DNA of 64,000 nucleotides from an uncultured Pirellulales bacterium (lineage in GTDB: Bacteria; Planctomycetota; Phycisphaerae; Sedimentisphaerales; Anaerohalosphaeraceae), in assembly GCA_964630775.1 (NCBI GenBank), contig CAZVYY010000014.1, positions 14,333 through 78,332 on the forward strand. Direction: 5' to 3'. Made by a program: the position numbers and the translations under genes. How positions within the stretch are numbered: the first letter of the stretch is position 1; every line of letters starts with the position of its first letter. This document shows, in pieces, positions 54,676 through 64,000 of the stretch. The notes beneath the pieces were generated by a model, which worked only from the letters and a program-made list of their open reading frames with translations, made no database searches and was not told where the DNA came from.

Positions 54676-57600
54676 CTATTGTTTAATTTGACCTGTCTGA
54701 GGATCATATAGTATCCGCAATGTATTCGAAGGCAATTTGAGTGCATTGCCCGTAGGCGTATCCGGTTTAAAATCGGCTTGATTAATTCCTGCCGGCCAGA
54801 TTGAATTGGGGTATGTCGATGGATGATCACCTCCTTTCCAAGTCACATCGATTTTACCTTGCCCACGTTTTGCGAAATCAAATAGCGTATTCGGATATCT
54901 TTGTTGTATCTGTGTTGGCCCTCCTTCATGGGTATATCTTGTTGAATCTGTCAGCTTATCATAATGCACTCGATTTCCCACTCCAACTGCTTGCCTTACT
55001 CTTGGATCATTTGTTCCACGTAGTCCTGAACTCCGCACACTGCTTAGAGTTGGAGACTGTTGCCACAATGGCGGCAATTCAAACATTATAAACATTTCTA
55101 TAAACAACACAATATTTAAAATCGCAGCAATTTCTGCAACAAATTCGCAAGGTGGAATAATCCCTATCATTTGCATAATCATGTGAGTCAAACATGCCAG
55201 CCACATTGAGATAGTAATTTCCGTCATCGCCCAAATACCTGCCGCAACTTTGGGGCCATAATCTATTGAAAACAGCCAAGCACGAGTGGATATCACGCTT
55301 AAAACTTCAGAGATTCCACCTATAAGCATTCCACTTGGATCAACATTATTCACCGGATTCGCTTGGCAATACAGGTACTTATGCAGGCTCTGCGGATCGC
55401 TGGTGTTTCCGGCATACGGATCCATCTGCGTAAATCGTCCATTCAACGGATCATAATACCGGGCACGCAGATAATAACTCTGCGCCGCCGTATCGAATTG
55501 TTCCCCCGTATAAAGCAGCTTGGTCGCAGCGGGCGCCGCCGGAGTCGGATTGCCCCCCAGCAGAATCCCGTACCCATCATAATTATAGCTCTCCACAACC
55601 GAAAGATTGGTCCGCGACAACTGACGTGTCGAGCCCTGTCCATCAACCAGCAGATACTCGGTATCATAGACCGTCCCCATCACCCACGCAGAGGTCCCCG
55701 AATCCCAGGTCCAGTCCGACCTGGTCTGACTGATGACATCATCGCCGATGATATAATGGATACGGCCCTGCGTCGTCGGCACATCGGAAGAATTAAACGA
55801 GGTCGTGCGATCCTCCAGCACCTGGGCATAGCCGGTCGGATTGGCCGGATCAATCAGGTAATCTGTTATCTTCTTTTCCTGAGCCGCCCCGCCGTTGATC
55901 GTCCTGTAGGTATAGCTGCCCGTCCGTATGCCGTCCGGATTATACGCATATTCCGTCACGACGCGAATCACATCCGATCCGACAATGGAATACTGTGTCA
56001 ATCGCGACAGGCGATTCTGTAAATTGTACTCGCTCTTGTCGTATTTCAGGCTGGTATTGGCCGCAACGATGGCCGCCGGATCGCCGGAGGTGGAGACATC
56101 CGCATAGATTTTATAGGTCTGCGAACCGTTGCTATCATAGAAGTAGGTGATAACCTGCCCTGCATGTCCCCACGCCTGCGTGCTGAGCTGGTGATATTGC
56201 ACATCCGCATAAGCCAGATACTGGAATGTCTCGGGTCCTATCAGGAAAATATAAGCCAGCAGCACACAAAGGCATCTATGATAAAGACTTAAAGACACTC
56301 TTTCTACTGGCGGAACCAGCCGGCAGGTCTTATACAGCCACTGTGTCATCGCAGGCCACAGGAACACCACGGGGACCAAAATCATCACAATAGCCAGCAG
56401 CCAGCGATTCCAGACCGAAGGCAATCCCGCCCAAAACGCCTTAAATTGTCCCAGAGAAATCGCGTTATCAGAGGATTGATACGTAAAACCGCCGCTGCCG
56501 TCGGCACAGGCAAAGATGCGATCATTGTCCCATGGTATCGCCGCAAAAATGGCCTGTTCAAGGCTTTGTTCCTTACGAAGACGGTTGCCGCTGTCGTATT
56601 CGATATATTCCGTGGACAGGATTTCGCTGGTCGGGTCCATGGAATTGCGGACCACCTGAACCTGCCGCCCAAGACGATTCCCCGCCAGATCATAAGCATA
56701 TCTGGCAGTATAGCCATCATCCGCCGCCGGATTCAGACTGGCCGTGCTGTAGCTGTCTTCCTGAACCAGCCGACCCAAATTATCATACTGATAAGCCAGA
56801 TAACGATTCTGATTGACAAATTCACCAGCCCCCTTCCGCATCCCCGACGCGTTAAGCTGATAGGAATAGGAACCCACCACCGTGGTCTTGGCTGTCGTCT
56901 GGTAATGCACCAGGTCCGTCAGCCGGTTCAGGCCGTTATAGCTGTATTCCGTATAAACCCCATTGGGCAGGGTTGCAGACTTGCGATTGCCCACCAGATC
57001 ATACTCATACGTCGTCAATTCCGTCGGGCTTAATAGCTGCCCGTTGCGAACCATCGCCCGCGTGGTCTTGAGCCGACCCAGCTCATCATAACCATACTCC
57101 GTCGCAAGTTCTCCACCCTTGCGGGTAAAGCTCTTCCGGCCCGTCGTCGGGTGATAATCATAATGGACCGTCCCCTGCGGCGTGACAATCGTCGTCACAT
57201 TGCCTTCATCATCATAACTGTAACTGGCATAATAGGTTACCGTCGACGTGCCGGTATAATTCGTCACCGTTTCAGTCAATTTCCGACCGAGATTGTCGTA
57301 GGTATAGTGCAAGACTTCGGCCGGAGTCGATGGGTAATGGCTGTTCTGGAAATCGCCCGGCGTCGCGTCAGCCGCATAATACCGCTTGTACTCCAGACGG
57401 CCGAGGGCATCATAGGCATACCCCGTCACCTGCTCCTTAAAGTCCATTTCCCACTGCAACCGGTTATGGCCGTCATAGCCCTTGTATTCCGTGCCGCAGC
57501 CCGGAACCGTCCGAGAAATCTGCCGATGCAGGCCGTCGTATGCAAACACAGTCTGGCGGGCATAGGCCGACACAATGTCAGTGGCCGGGTCGAAAGTTGA

Positions 57601-60600
57601 CTCCCACGAACGCTTAAGCTGATAGAGATTCTCCCGTATGATGCTCTGATTGCCATAAGCATCATACGCATATTCATACCGCGGATAAACCCAGATCGAA
57701 TCCGCCCCCGGTGTCGTCGGATCATCGATCTCCACCAGCGGCAAAACCACCGCAATCAGCCGCCCCGCGGAATCATACTCAAATTCCTTGGTGTTGACAC
57801 TCTTATACAACGCTACATGCGCTGGATTGCTACGATCAATATCAGGATCGCCGGGTCCAATATAAGACTCAATCGTCGTCTGTTCGGCTTCCCACCACTT
57901 CCGTCCCAGGCTGTCATAGCCGACGTGGGAATACGTCTCCACAGGCGTGGTTCCGGAGCCTTCGACAAGCGAGGCTGGATGGATGGTCGTGATCACCCGG
58001 CCGAGGGCATCGTAGTCAAACGAAGTAGTATGCCCCAGGCCGTCGGTGACGGACTGCCGGCGGGCGCCGTCATACACAGTCACCGTCTCGGACCGCTTGC
58101 CCGTGGTATCATTGGGCAGCGTAATAGTCCGAATCTGCCTGCCGGCGGTATCATAGCGATATTCCGCCGTACAGATTTCCGCATTGGATTCATTGAGGCT
58201 GTACGACTTCCACACCCGCCCCGCCGCATCGTATTCCGTCCGGCTGTAGGACAGCGGCCCGGCCTGCCACCATGCCAGATTCGCCGTAATCACCGGCACC
58301 TTGCCGCCGCTGGTCCAGGCAAGCTGTGTCTGCCCCGGCGTACTCGTCCACGCATTGCCCGCCACACGATCCTGGGCCAGCGTGACATACAGCAGCTCGC
58401 CGGATTTCATCACATAATCAAACAGAATATCCACATCCGCCCATCGCCGGGTCTGTTCCACCCGGCCAAGGTCATCATAGACCGTCTCCGTCCCGACCGG
58501 CGAGTGCTCGGTATCGGCCGGATCATACGGCCCGACAGCGACAATCGCCCGCCCTTCCGTATCATAAAGGGTGCGGGATATCGTCAAAATCCCCGTCGTA
58601 TTCCCGGTAGTCAGGTAATTGGTGTAATGGGTCTGATACGCTGCAAATGAGGAATAAACCAGCGTCTCGGCAAGATTGCCTGTCTCATCATAATGGTACT
58701 GAGTCAGAATCCCGTTTTCATCGATGCTGGTATTGACCTTCCCGATGGAGTTATAATCGGAGTACGATAACGCAATCGCTTCCACACCTGCCTGCTGCTC
58801 ATTGATATGCGCCAGCAATACGGCAACATCCATCGGCGTTCCTGCGACCGTCAAATCCTGAACCACACGATAAGTCGCAATGGTCCGCCCCTGAACATCC
58901 GGCCGGTTATAAGTCAGTATCCGCTTATCAGGATTGGCACCAGTCGCGGTGTCATCCCACAGTGTCCAACTGGCAAGCTGATGATTGTCGGCATCATACC
59001 AGAAATACTGCGTCTGCCCATCCGGCCCGGTTACCGAATACGGCTGATCCGGCGAGTAGCCCGAATCAGTGGTATACTCAAAATAGGTGTACGAGGTAAC
59101 ACTGCTGTTACTGGCATTAGCATTCCAGCTATTGAACAACTCACTGTACGACTTCGGCTCGTTGGTCGAATCCATCAATTGCGACACAATCGAATGATCC
59201 ATCTTGACCTGCACCGACTCCAGAATCCGGCCGCTGGCATCATACCGTGTCAAACTGATGGAATGCCATACCATAGCCAAGCCCTCTCCGGTCGTTGTGC
59301 CCGTGAAATACGGCAGATTCTTGAGTCCGGAGGCATCATCGGTTCGGATATACGCAGTCCGCGTAGTCAACACTTCGACATAAGCACTTGTACTTTCATC
59401 CCATTTCTTTTGTGTTACACGGATAACATTACCATTCGTGTCATATTCCGTTTCTGAAAGATTCTTCGCCGGATCAATAACAGTCTGTGTTCTCAACCGT
59501 CCATATTCCGGCTCATTCGGATAATCATCATAATATGCGTAATCATAAAGCGTTACCGCATCCACAAGCTGCGACAGATCGTCCGGATTCGGAACCCGAG
59601 TCGTCACCGAAAGCTGACGGTCCGGGCCAAACCGATTTTCCGAATCATAGGTGTATCGCGTCACTTTCCCGGCCGAATCGGTCACCGACAGCACATTCCC
59701 CCGCTTGTCATATTCATAAATGGTGGGATTGCCGGCACGATCCGTAACGATCTCCTGCCGACTGCTGACGTTATGAGTAATCGCAATCCGATTGCCTTTG
59801 GCATCCACCGTGGCAATCAGGCGGCCGGCCGCATCATATTCATACCGAATCGGCTGCAAACCCCGCGGATCGATAATCGCGGTAACATAGTGGTCCGATG
59901 GAATATGGGTTCCATCCGCATAGCTGTAAGTCAGCGTTTCATATTGTGAATTCGGATCAGCATTCGGCTTGACCAGCTTGGAAACTTTCCATAAATTCCC
60001 CGCGGTATCATAGGCATATTTCACCGTCGGCAATGCCCCGCCCTGTTCCCTGGGGCCCCAGACTTCCACAATGCGTCCGTAGGTATCATAACCAATCTTG
60101 ATCGCCTTGGTCGGAGCGCCGAGTAAATCGATATGTTCCACACCCGCTGAATCAATCTGCCCAATCCGCCCATTCGATAAATTGACATTCAAATCAATCC
60201 GTTCTCCCGTCGGCAGGCCAATCTCAGACAAATACAGCGGTCCTTTGGGTTCAACATAGGCAACCGAATTCCCATACTCAACAAAATCCTCTCCGACATA
60301 CGACCGTCTGAACACATACGACGTCCCGTCCTCCATGACCAGACGATAGCCTTCAAATTCATAGAATCCCGGATCAGAATAATTGCCCGAGCCGCTGACA
60401 AAGCTGGCCGTCTTCTGGTTCGCCCAGGTATTCAGCAGTGTCAGCCGTTCTTCACTCAGCGTCTCCAGCCGTGCTGACACTCCTTCCGGCGAGGTATACT
60501 TGACAACATAGTACTGCATTTGGCCGTTGTAAAGCTCCGGCTTTTTCAACTCCAGTCCGAATGCAAATGTCACCCGTCTGCCATCCGGCAGCGTCAGGGT

Positions 60601-63600
60601 CACGTCCCGGTCGTAATTATCCCCCACACGGACCGACATTGTCGAACTGCCCATATAAACTTGCATCGGCTGGCGGGTTTCATTAAGCTGAATATCCATA
60701 TTGGCGATGGAATAACTCCATCCATAACCGAATTCGCCGTTCTTATCCTTCTGGAAGCTGTTATAGGTCCGCACCACCCGCAGTGGAACCCCGCCCACAT
60801 CAATCGCCACGTCTTCCTGCGAAAATTTGAGATTGCCGATCTTGAGCGGACTATTCAGCTTAATCTTCTTATAAACATAAGAATAGGCAAAAGCAGTATT
60901 CTCGTCCGGCCTCGAACGAACCGTCAAAAGCAGACAATATGTCCCGTTCTCGACGCCGGTCAAATCCAACTGCCCGAATGAACCGATTTCATACCCCAGG
61001 CTGTTCGCATTATTTCGTAAGCCAACAGGACCAGCATAGTAACTATGATCCTCAACTGACCGTTCATAATTTGAATCTTCGAGGGTGACATTCTGTATCA
61101 GATAATCCGGATAAGGCGGATTCTGACCGTTTAATGTCGCCCAGCTCTCCGGGACATATCCAACCACCGCCTCATCATATAACGCAAACTTGAACTCTAC
61201 ACTTTGATTGGAATTCGGATGACAAGCCAGACCTTTGACCTCATATAAACCATCTGTAATCTCCGGCAAGACGACCTGTTCTCCCAGCTTGCCGATGTTT
61301 ACCCTTGCAGGTTCCAGATTGGAAATCCATGCAAACGGTTTTCCAGTCGGATTATCCACATCCCGGCCCACCGTAAAAGCAACCGTCTGCTCGGTGATAT
61401 TATTTGCCCGGTCTGCAGCAGTCAGCTTGACAGAGTGCGATCCTGTGGCTAATTTCATAATCTCAAGACACCATGTGACTTGCATTTGCGAGGGATATTC
61501 CGGGTCTGTATTCGAAAAGTCAAAATTCTTCACCAGAGTCGTGATAGTATTGCAGGTATCCTCGATTTTGACGGATTTGAGCCTTGATCCGGCATCAAGG
61601 GCATAAATATCAAGTGCAACGGACCCGGTCTTAATAACCGCAGTGGATTCAGGCATGGTTTGAAGTTTATTCGCATCATCCAGGAGACCCGGCGTCAGAG
61701 TAAGAATCGGAGGCGTAGTATCCGAATCCAGACCCGGGTCGCCGCTGGTTACGGCCTGAATGGTCACACTGGCCGAGCCGAGCAGAGTGCTCCCCTGAGA
61801 TACCTTGAGGGTCAATTCATAAGATTTGGCCAGACCTGCCGCAAAAAGAACGGTGGGCTGCAAGGCATCTGAAGTTTTGCCTTCGTCTGAAGATGGGTAA
61901 AATAAAACATGTTGTTCATCGTCTGAAGACCACTCGACGGTCAGTGGCGTATTCTTACTATACCAGACATAGGCATCTTCCAGGGTAAACGCCCGACCTG
62001 CCAGAACCGGCCCATAATTCCCCGTCCGAATCAGCAGCGAATCAACCGGCTGCGGATGAACCGTAATTTCAACCTCATCCTCCGCCGTTTCCTGCCCGCG
62101 TGCGGCCTTTAATTTATAACGATAAATACCCGGCTGCGTAAACGTCAACGTGGAATTCACCGACGTCGCCCCCGCGATAGGCATGTCGCTCTGGTCATAC
62201 CACTGAACAGTAACACCTTCAACCGGATAGACAAAGGCCTTTTGAGGAACAACCTCTGCCGCATTGTTATTAAGAACACAATTGAGATTTACCCCGGCCT
62301 CAACTGTCAGCGGAATATCCTTGGTGTCAATAATCACCATCAAATCATCGACCACACAACCCGACGGATTTGTCACGGCAAACTGAAGCTGATAAATTCC
62401 GGGCTTTGTGAATGTTGCCTGCGGGTTTTGAATAGTACTTTCTGTCAATCCCTCATTGCTGCCCGGGTTAAACTGTAATCCGCCCGCCGGCCCCTTTACA
62501 AATCGCCACAAATACGACTCATTTCCCACACTATAAGGAAGCAATCTGCCGGACAAAGGCACACTAATTGGATTATTCTGCCACGGAATAGTGATATCCG
62601 GCCCCGCATCGGCCTGATACGCCAGTTCAGCAACTTTAACCATAATGACATCTTCAGCAATAATATCACCTCGCAAATCAAGTAGCTGCAGGCGAATTTC
62701 ATAATCCCCCGGCAGATAAAACAGTGCAGAAGTCGAAGTGTGATAGACTCCATCCTGCTCAGCCAGATCAGATACCGGCCCCAGAATGGCCTCTGTCGGA
62801 ACAAGCCAAAGAATCTGAACCGCCTGCGGGTCAATTCCGCGGATGGTACCCTGCAACTCCACTTCCGCTTTGACCTGACCTGTATCAGCATCATATTGCA
62901 GATGTACTTCGGAAACAGGATCAATTTTCACATTGAGTTCAGCCGTGACAGTCACAACATCGCTGTCAACCCACGCTCCTTGCCCATCATACAAATTTAT
63001 CCGGAAGACGTATTTACCGGGAACATCCAGTCGCCAGCCGGGATTGATTAATCCTGCCAACTGCCATGGAATGAAGAATCCTGAGCCGGTCGGTCTTTCC
63101 AGCAACTCCCATTGCACACCATAAGGCCAGATGTCGGTACAGGCAGAACCATCCTTATAGACTGCCGCATCGTCCATAAACACGATTTCGCTGATGCCAA
63201 CCGTTTTATCCTGTCCGGCCTCAACAGCATAGGCGATATACTCATTGGCGCCCAAATCAATCCTTGAATCCGCAATACGCCGTTTGGATTCTATATCCCA
63301 CTTTGCCAAATACTGAACCCATGGCTCATTCGGCAGAGGACAACCTTCATTAATACAGTTATTCGGGTCATCATCCTCATTGGGATCGGTGATTTCCCTG
63401 TCCAGGAATGCCGGATTGAGCGGAAAATAATGCCACTCACTCGTATCCGCAAAGGCGGAACCTTCATTATCTATAATAGCCTTATGACAAAGGCTTTTCG
63501 GTACGAATTGCCCTTCCTGAATTGCGCAATAATCCATGTTAATAAATGGACTCGATAACCTAAGATTCCTATCTGCTCCCGTCCCATTTCCCCAGAAAAC

Positions 63601-64000
63601 ACAATTTCGTATAACCGGCTTCAATGCCGACACGGCTTCTAATTGAATCCCAAGTGATAGGTTTTTGACGACCGTATTATTCCACAATTCAATTCCCGAA
63701 GATTGAGACACAATCCCAACTGCATTGTATCTGATCAAGTTCCCAGCAATGATTGAGGCTGATGTGTCATCACAACATATACCGCCGGCAAAATATATTC
63801 GCAGGTCATCAATAAATTCCGTATAATTATTTTCGATAACATTGTTGATGATTAATGCACGATCGGAGCCGGCACAATATACTCCCATGCGAGAATTATC
63901 TTTTATGATATTCTGGGTTATGACAGCATCAGCACCCTGTAACTTAATGCCATAATTCCCTCCCGTAATAATCAAACCCTTAATTTGTGAATGGTTATTA
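54676..64000 (-). CDS. Giant Rhs/YD-repeat polymorphic toxin (5' end beyond window; >3100 aa)
   Basis: The frame stays open to the window edge, and the ORF-track M is a TTG. From the N-terminus: parallel beta-helix repeats (ITQNIIKDNSRMGVYCAGSDRALIINNVIENN), several Ig/PKD-like modules, a DUF6531-like entry block (LKFSQEDVAIDVGGVPLRVVRTYNSFQ...FGYGWSYS), and dozens of YD repeats (YxYDxxGNL / YDxxGR). The Rhs core end is RARYYDPLNGRFTQMDPYAGN...ANPVNNVDPSGM, followed by a 216-aa C-terminal tip. Confidence 0.93.
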   Translation of the reverse strand, partial: NNHSQIKGLIITGGNYGIKLQGADAVITQNIIKDNSRMGVYCAGSDRALIINNVIENNYTEFIDDLRIYFAGGICCDDTSASIIAGNLIRYNAVGIVSQSSGIELWNNTVVKNLSLGIQLEAVSALKPVIRNCVFWGNGTGADRNLRLSSPFINMDYCAIQEGQFVPKSLCHKAIIDNEGSAFADTSEWHYFPLNPAFLDREITDPNEDDDPNNCINEGCPLPNEPWVQYLAKWDIESKRRIADSRIDLGANEYIAYAVEAGQDKTVGISEIVFMDDAAVYKDGSACTDIWPYGVQWELLERPTGSGFFIPWQLAGLINPGWRLDVPGKYVFRINLYDGQGAWVDSDVVTVTAELNVKIDPVSEVHLQYDADTGQVKAEVELQGTIRGIDPQAVQILWLVPTEAILGPVSDLAEQDGVYHTSTSALFYLPGDYEIRLQLLDLRGDIIAEDVIMVKVAELAYQADAGPDITIPWQNNPISVPLSGRLLPYSVGNESYLWRFVKGPAGGLQFNPGSNEGLTESTIQNPQATFTKPGIYQLQFAVTNPSGCVVDDLMVIIDTKDIPLTVEAGVNLNCVLNNNAAEVVPQKAFVYPVEGVTVQWYDQSDMPIAGATSVNSTLTFTQPGIYRYKLKAARGQETAEDEVEITVHPQPVDSLLIRTGNYGPVLAGRAFTLEDAYVWYSKNTPLTVEWSSDDEQHVLFYPSSDEGKTSDALQPTVLFAAGLAKSYELTLKVSQGSTLLGSASVTIQAVTSGDPGLDSDTTPPILTLTPGLLDDANKLQTMPESTAVIKTGSVALDIYALDAGSRLKSVKIEDTCNTITTLVKNFDFSNTDPEYPSQMQVTWCLEIMKLATGSHSVKLTAADRANNITEQTVAFTVGRDVDNPTGKPFAWISNLEPARVNIGKLGEQVVLPEITDGLYEVKGLACHPNSNQSVEFKFALYDEAVVGYVPESWATLNGQNPPYPDYLIQNVTLEDSNYERSVEDHSYYAGPVGLRNNANSLGYEIGSFGQLDLTGVENGTYCLLLTVRSRPDENTAFAYSYVYKKIKLNSPLKIGNLKFSQEDVAIDVGGVPLRVVRTYNSFQKDKNGEFGYGWSYSIANMDIQLNETRQPMQVYMGSSTMSVRVGDNYDRDVTLTLPDGRRVTFAFGLELKKPELYNGQMQYYVVKYTSPEGVSARLETLSEERLTLLNTWANQKTASFVSGSGNYSDPGFYEFEGYRLVMEDGTSYVFRRSYVGEDFVEYGNSVAYVEPKGPLYLSEIGLPTGERIDLNVNLSNGRIGQIDSAGVEHIDLLGAPTKAIKIGYDTYGRIVEVWGPREQGGALPTVKYAYDTAGNLWKVSKLVKPNADPNSQYETLTYSYADGTHIPSDHYVTAIIDPRGLQPIRYEYDAAGRLIATVDAKGNRIAITHNVSSRQEIVTDRAGNPTIYEYDKRGNVLSVTDSAGKVTRYTYDSENRFGPDRQLSVTTRVPNPDDLSQLVDAVTLYDYAYYDDYPNEPEYGRLRTQTVIDPAKNLSETEYDTNGNVIRVTQKKWDESTSAYVEVLTTRTAYIRTDDASGLKNLPYFTGTTTGEGLAMVWHSISLTRYDASGRILESVQVKMDHSIVSQLMDSTNEPKSYSELFNSWNANASNSSVTSYTYFEYTTDSGYSPDQPYSVTGPDGQTQYFWYDADNHQLASWTLWDDTATGANPDKRILTYNRPDVQGRTIATYRVVQDLTVAGTPMDVAVLLAHINEQQAGVEAIALSYSDYNSIGKVNTSIDENGILTQYHYDETGNLAETLVYSSFAAYQTHYTNYLTTGNTTGILTISRTLYDTEGRAIVAVGPYDPADTEHSPVGTETVYDDLGRVEQTRRWADVDILFDYVMKSGELLYVTLAQDRVAGNAWTSTPGQTQLAWTSGGKVPVITANLAWWQAGPLSYSRTEYDAAGRVWKSYSLNESNAEICTAEYRYDTAGRQIRTITLPNDTTGKRSETVTVYDGARRQSVTDGLGHTTSFDYDALGRVITTIHPASLVEGSGTTPVETYSHVGYDSLGRKWWEAEQTTIESYIGPGDPDIDRSNPAHVALYKSVNTKEFEYDSAGRLIAVVLPLVEIDDPTTPGADSIWVYPRYEYAYDAYGNQSIIRENLYQLKRSWESTFDPATDIVSAYARQTVFAYDGLHRQISRTVPGCGTEYKGYDGHNRLQWEMDFKEQVTGYAYDALGRLEYKRYYAADATPGDFQNSHYPSTPAEVLHYTYDNLGRKLTETVTNYTGTSTVTYYASYSYDDEGNVTTIVTPQGTVHYDYHPTTGRKSFTRKGGELATEYGYDELGRLKTTRAMVRNGQLLSPTELTTYEYDLVGNRKSATLPNGVYTEYSYNGLNRLTDLVHYQTTAKTTVVGSYSYQLNASGMRKGAGEFVNQNRYLAYQYDNLGRLVQEDSYSTASLNPAADDGYTARYAYDLAGNRLGRQVQVVRNSMDPTSEILSTEYIEYDSGNRLRKEQSLEQAIFAAIPWDNDRIFACADGSGGFTYQSSDNAISLGQFKAFWAGLPSVWNRWLLAIVMILVPVVFLWPAMTQWLYKTCRLVPPVERVSLSLYHRCLCVLLAYIFLIGPETFQYLAYADVQYHQLSTQAWGHAGQVITYFYDSNGSQTYKIYADVSTSGDPAAIVAANTSLKYDKSEYNLQNRLSRLTQYSIVGSDVIRVVTEYAYNPDGIRTGSYTYRTINGGAAQEKKITDYLIDPANPTGYAQVLEDRTTSFNSSDVPTTQGRIHYIIGDDVISQTRSDWTWDSGTSAWVMGTVYDTEYLLVDGQGSTRQLSRTNLSVVESYNYDGYGILLGGNPTPAAPAATKLLYTGEQFDTAAQSYYLRARYYDPLNGRFTQMDPYAGNTSDPQSLHKYLYCQANPVNNVDPSGMLIGGISEVLSVISTRAWLFSIDYGPKVAAGIWAMTEITISMWLACLTHMIMQMIGIIPPCEFVAEIAAILNIVLFIEMFIMFELPPLWQQSPTLSSVRSSGLRGTNDPRVRQAVGVGNRVHYDKLTDSTRYTHEGGPTQIQQRYPNTLFDFAKRGQGKIDVTWKGGDHPSTYPNSIWPAGINQADFKPDTPTGNALKLPSNTLRILYDPQTGQIKQ

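Noticed and set aside
53937-54830. Longer version of the immunity ORF, starting inside the Rhs coding region (MIIHRHTPIQSGRQ...).
   Set aside because: The extra 52 codons overlap the Rhs 3' end in another frame and have no protein-like character. An ATG placed 1 nt after the Rhs stop gives the classical toxin-immunity junction.
1-64000. A scan for CRISPR arrays, rRNA, tmRNA, IS elements/transposases, integrases, prophage genes and classical defence systems (RM, Cas, CBASS-like, etc.).
   Set aside because: I found no regularly spaced direct repeats and no recognisable proteins of these kinds in any frame. The only conflict system I can support is the Rhs toxin-immunity locus.

Overview
The window is a 64-kb chromosomal segment that looks like a PVC-superphylum bacterium, probably Planctomycetota/Phycisphaerae-like. 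The taxon guess is inference. It rests on Rhodopirellula/Verrucomicrobium-type ECF sigma factors with FecR-like anti-sigmas, many LamG and glycoside-hydrolase exoproteins with dockerin-like tails, and siroheme-dependent heme genes. Coding density is high, and I saw no rRNA, CRISPR array, transposase or integrase. Main blocks, in order: (1) Housekeeping genes csp, pnp, rpsO and tRNA-Pro(GGG). (2) Two paralogous three-gene cassettes, each ECF sigma, then FecR-like anti-sigma, then a secreted LamG protein (7.6-12.1 kb and 48.8-53.3 kb). (3) A fucose/rhamnose/pectin-type glycan cluster: manA, a fucI-like gene, a GH29 fucosidase, an AraC regulator, two GH106-like enzymes, a PL1 pectate lyase and a clan GH-A hydrolase. 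A UroD/MtaA-family gene and glnS sit inside this cluster. (4) Small housekeeping genes: tauE-like, trpC, a methyltransferase, DUF1844, smpB and DUF4870. (5) A minus-strand string hemB, radical-SAM AhbC/D-like, fused AhbA/B-like, then a three-domain MetF/MTHFR_C/pterin-binding fusion, with three copies of a ~100-nt structured repeat and two REP-like palindromes between the genes. (6) surE, nnrE, a GAF-GGDEF cyclase, and a MerR / FlgB-like / flhG / fliA flagellar regulatory block. (7) A giant Rhs/YD-repeat polymorphic toxin (>3100 aa, 5' end outside the window). It has an AT-rich C-terminal toxin module, an abutting candidate immunity gene and a downstream orphan Rhs core fragment. All domain calls come from reading the motifs in the supplied translations. 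No database search or composition calculation was possible.
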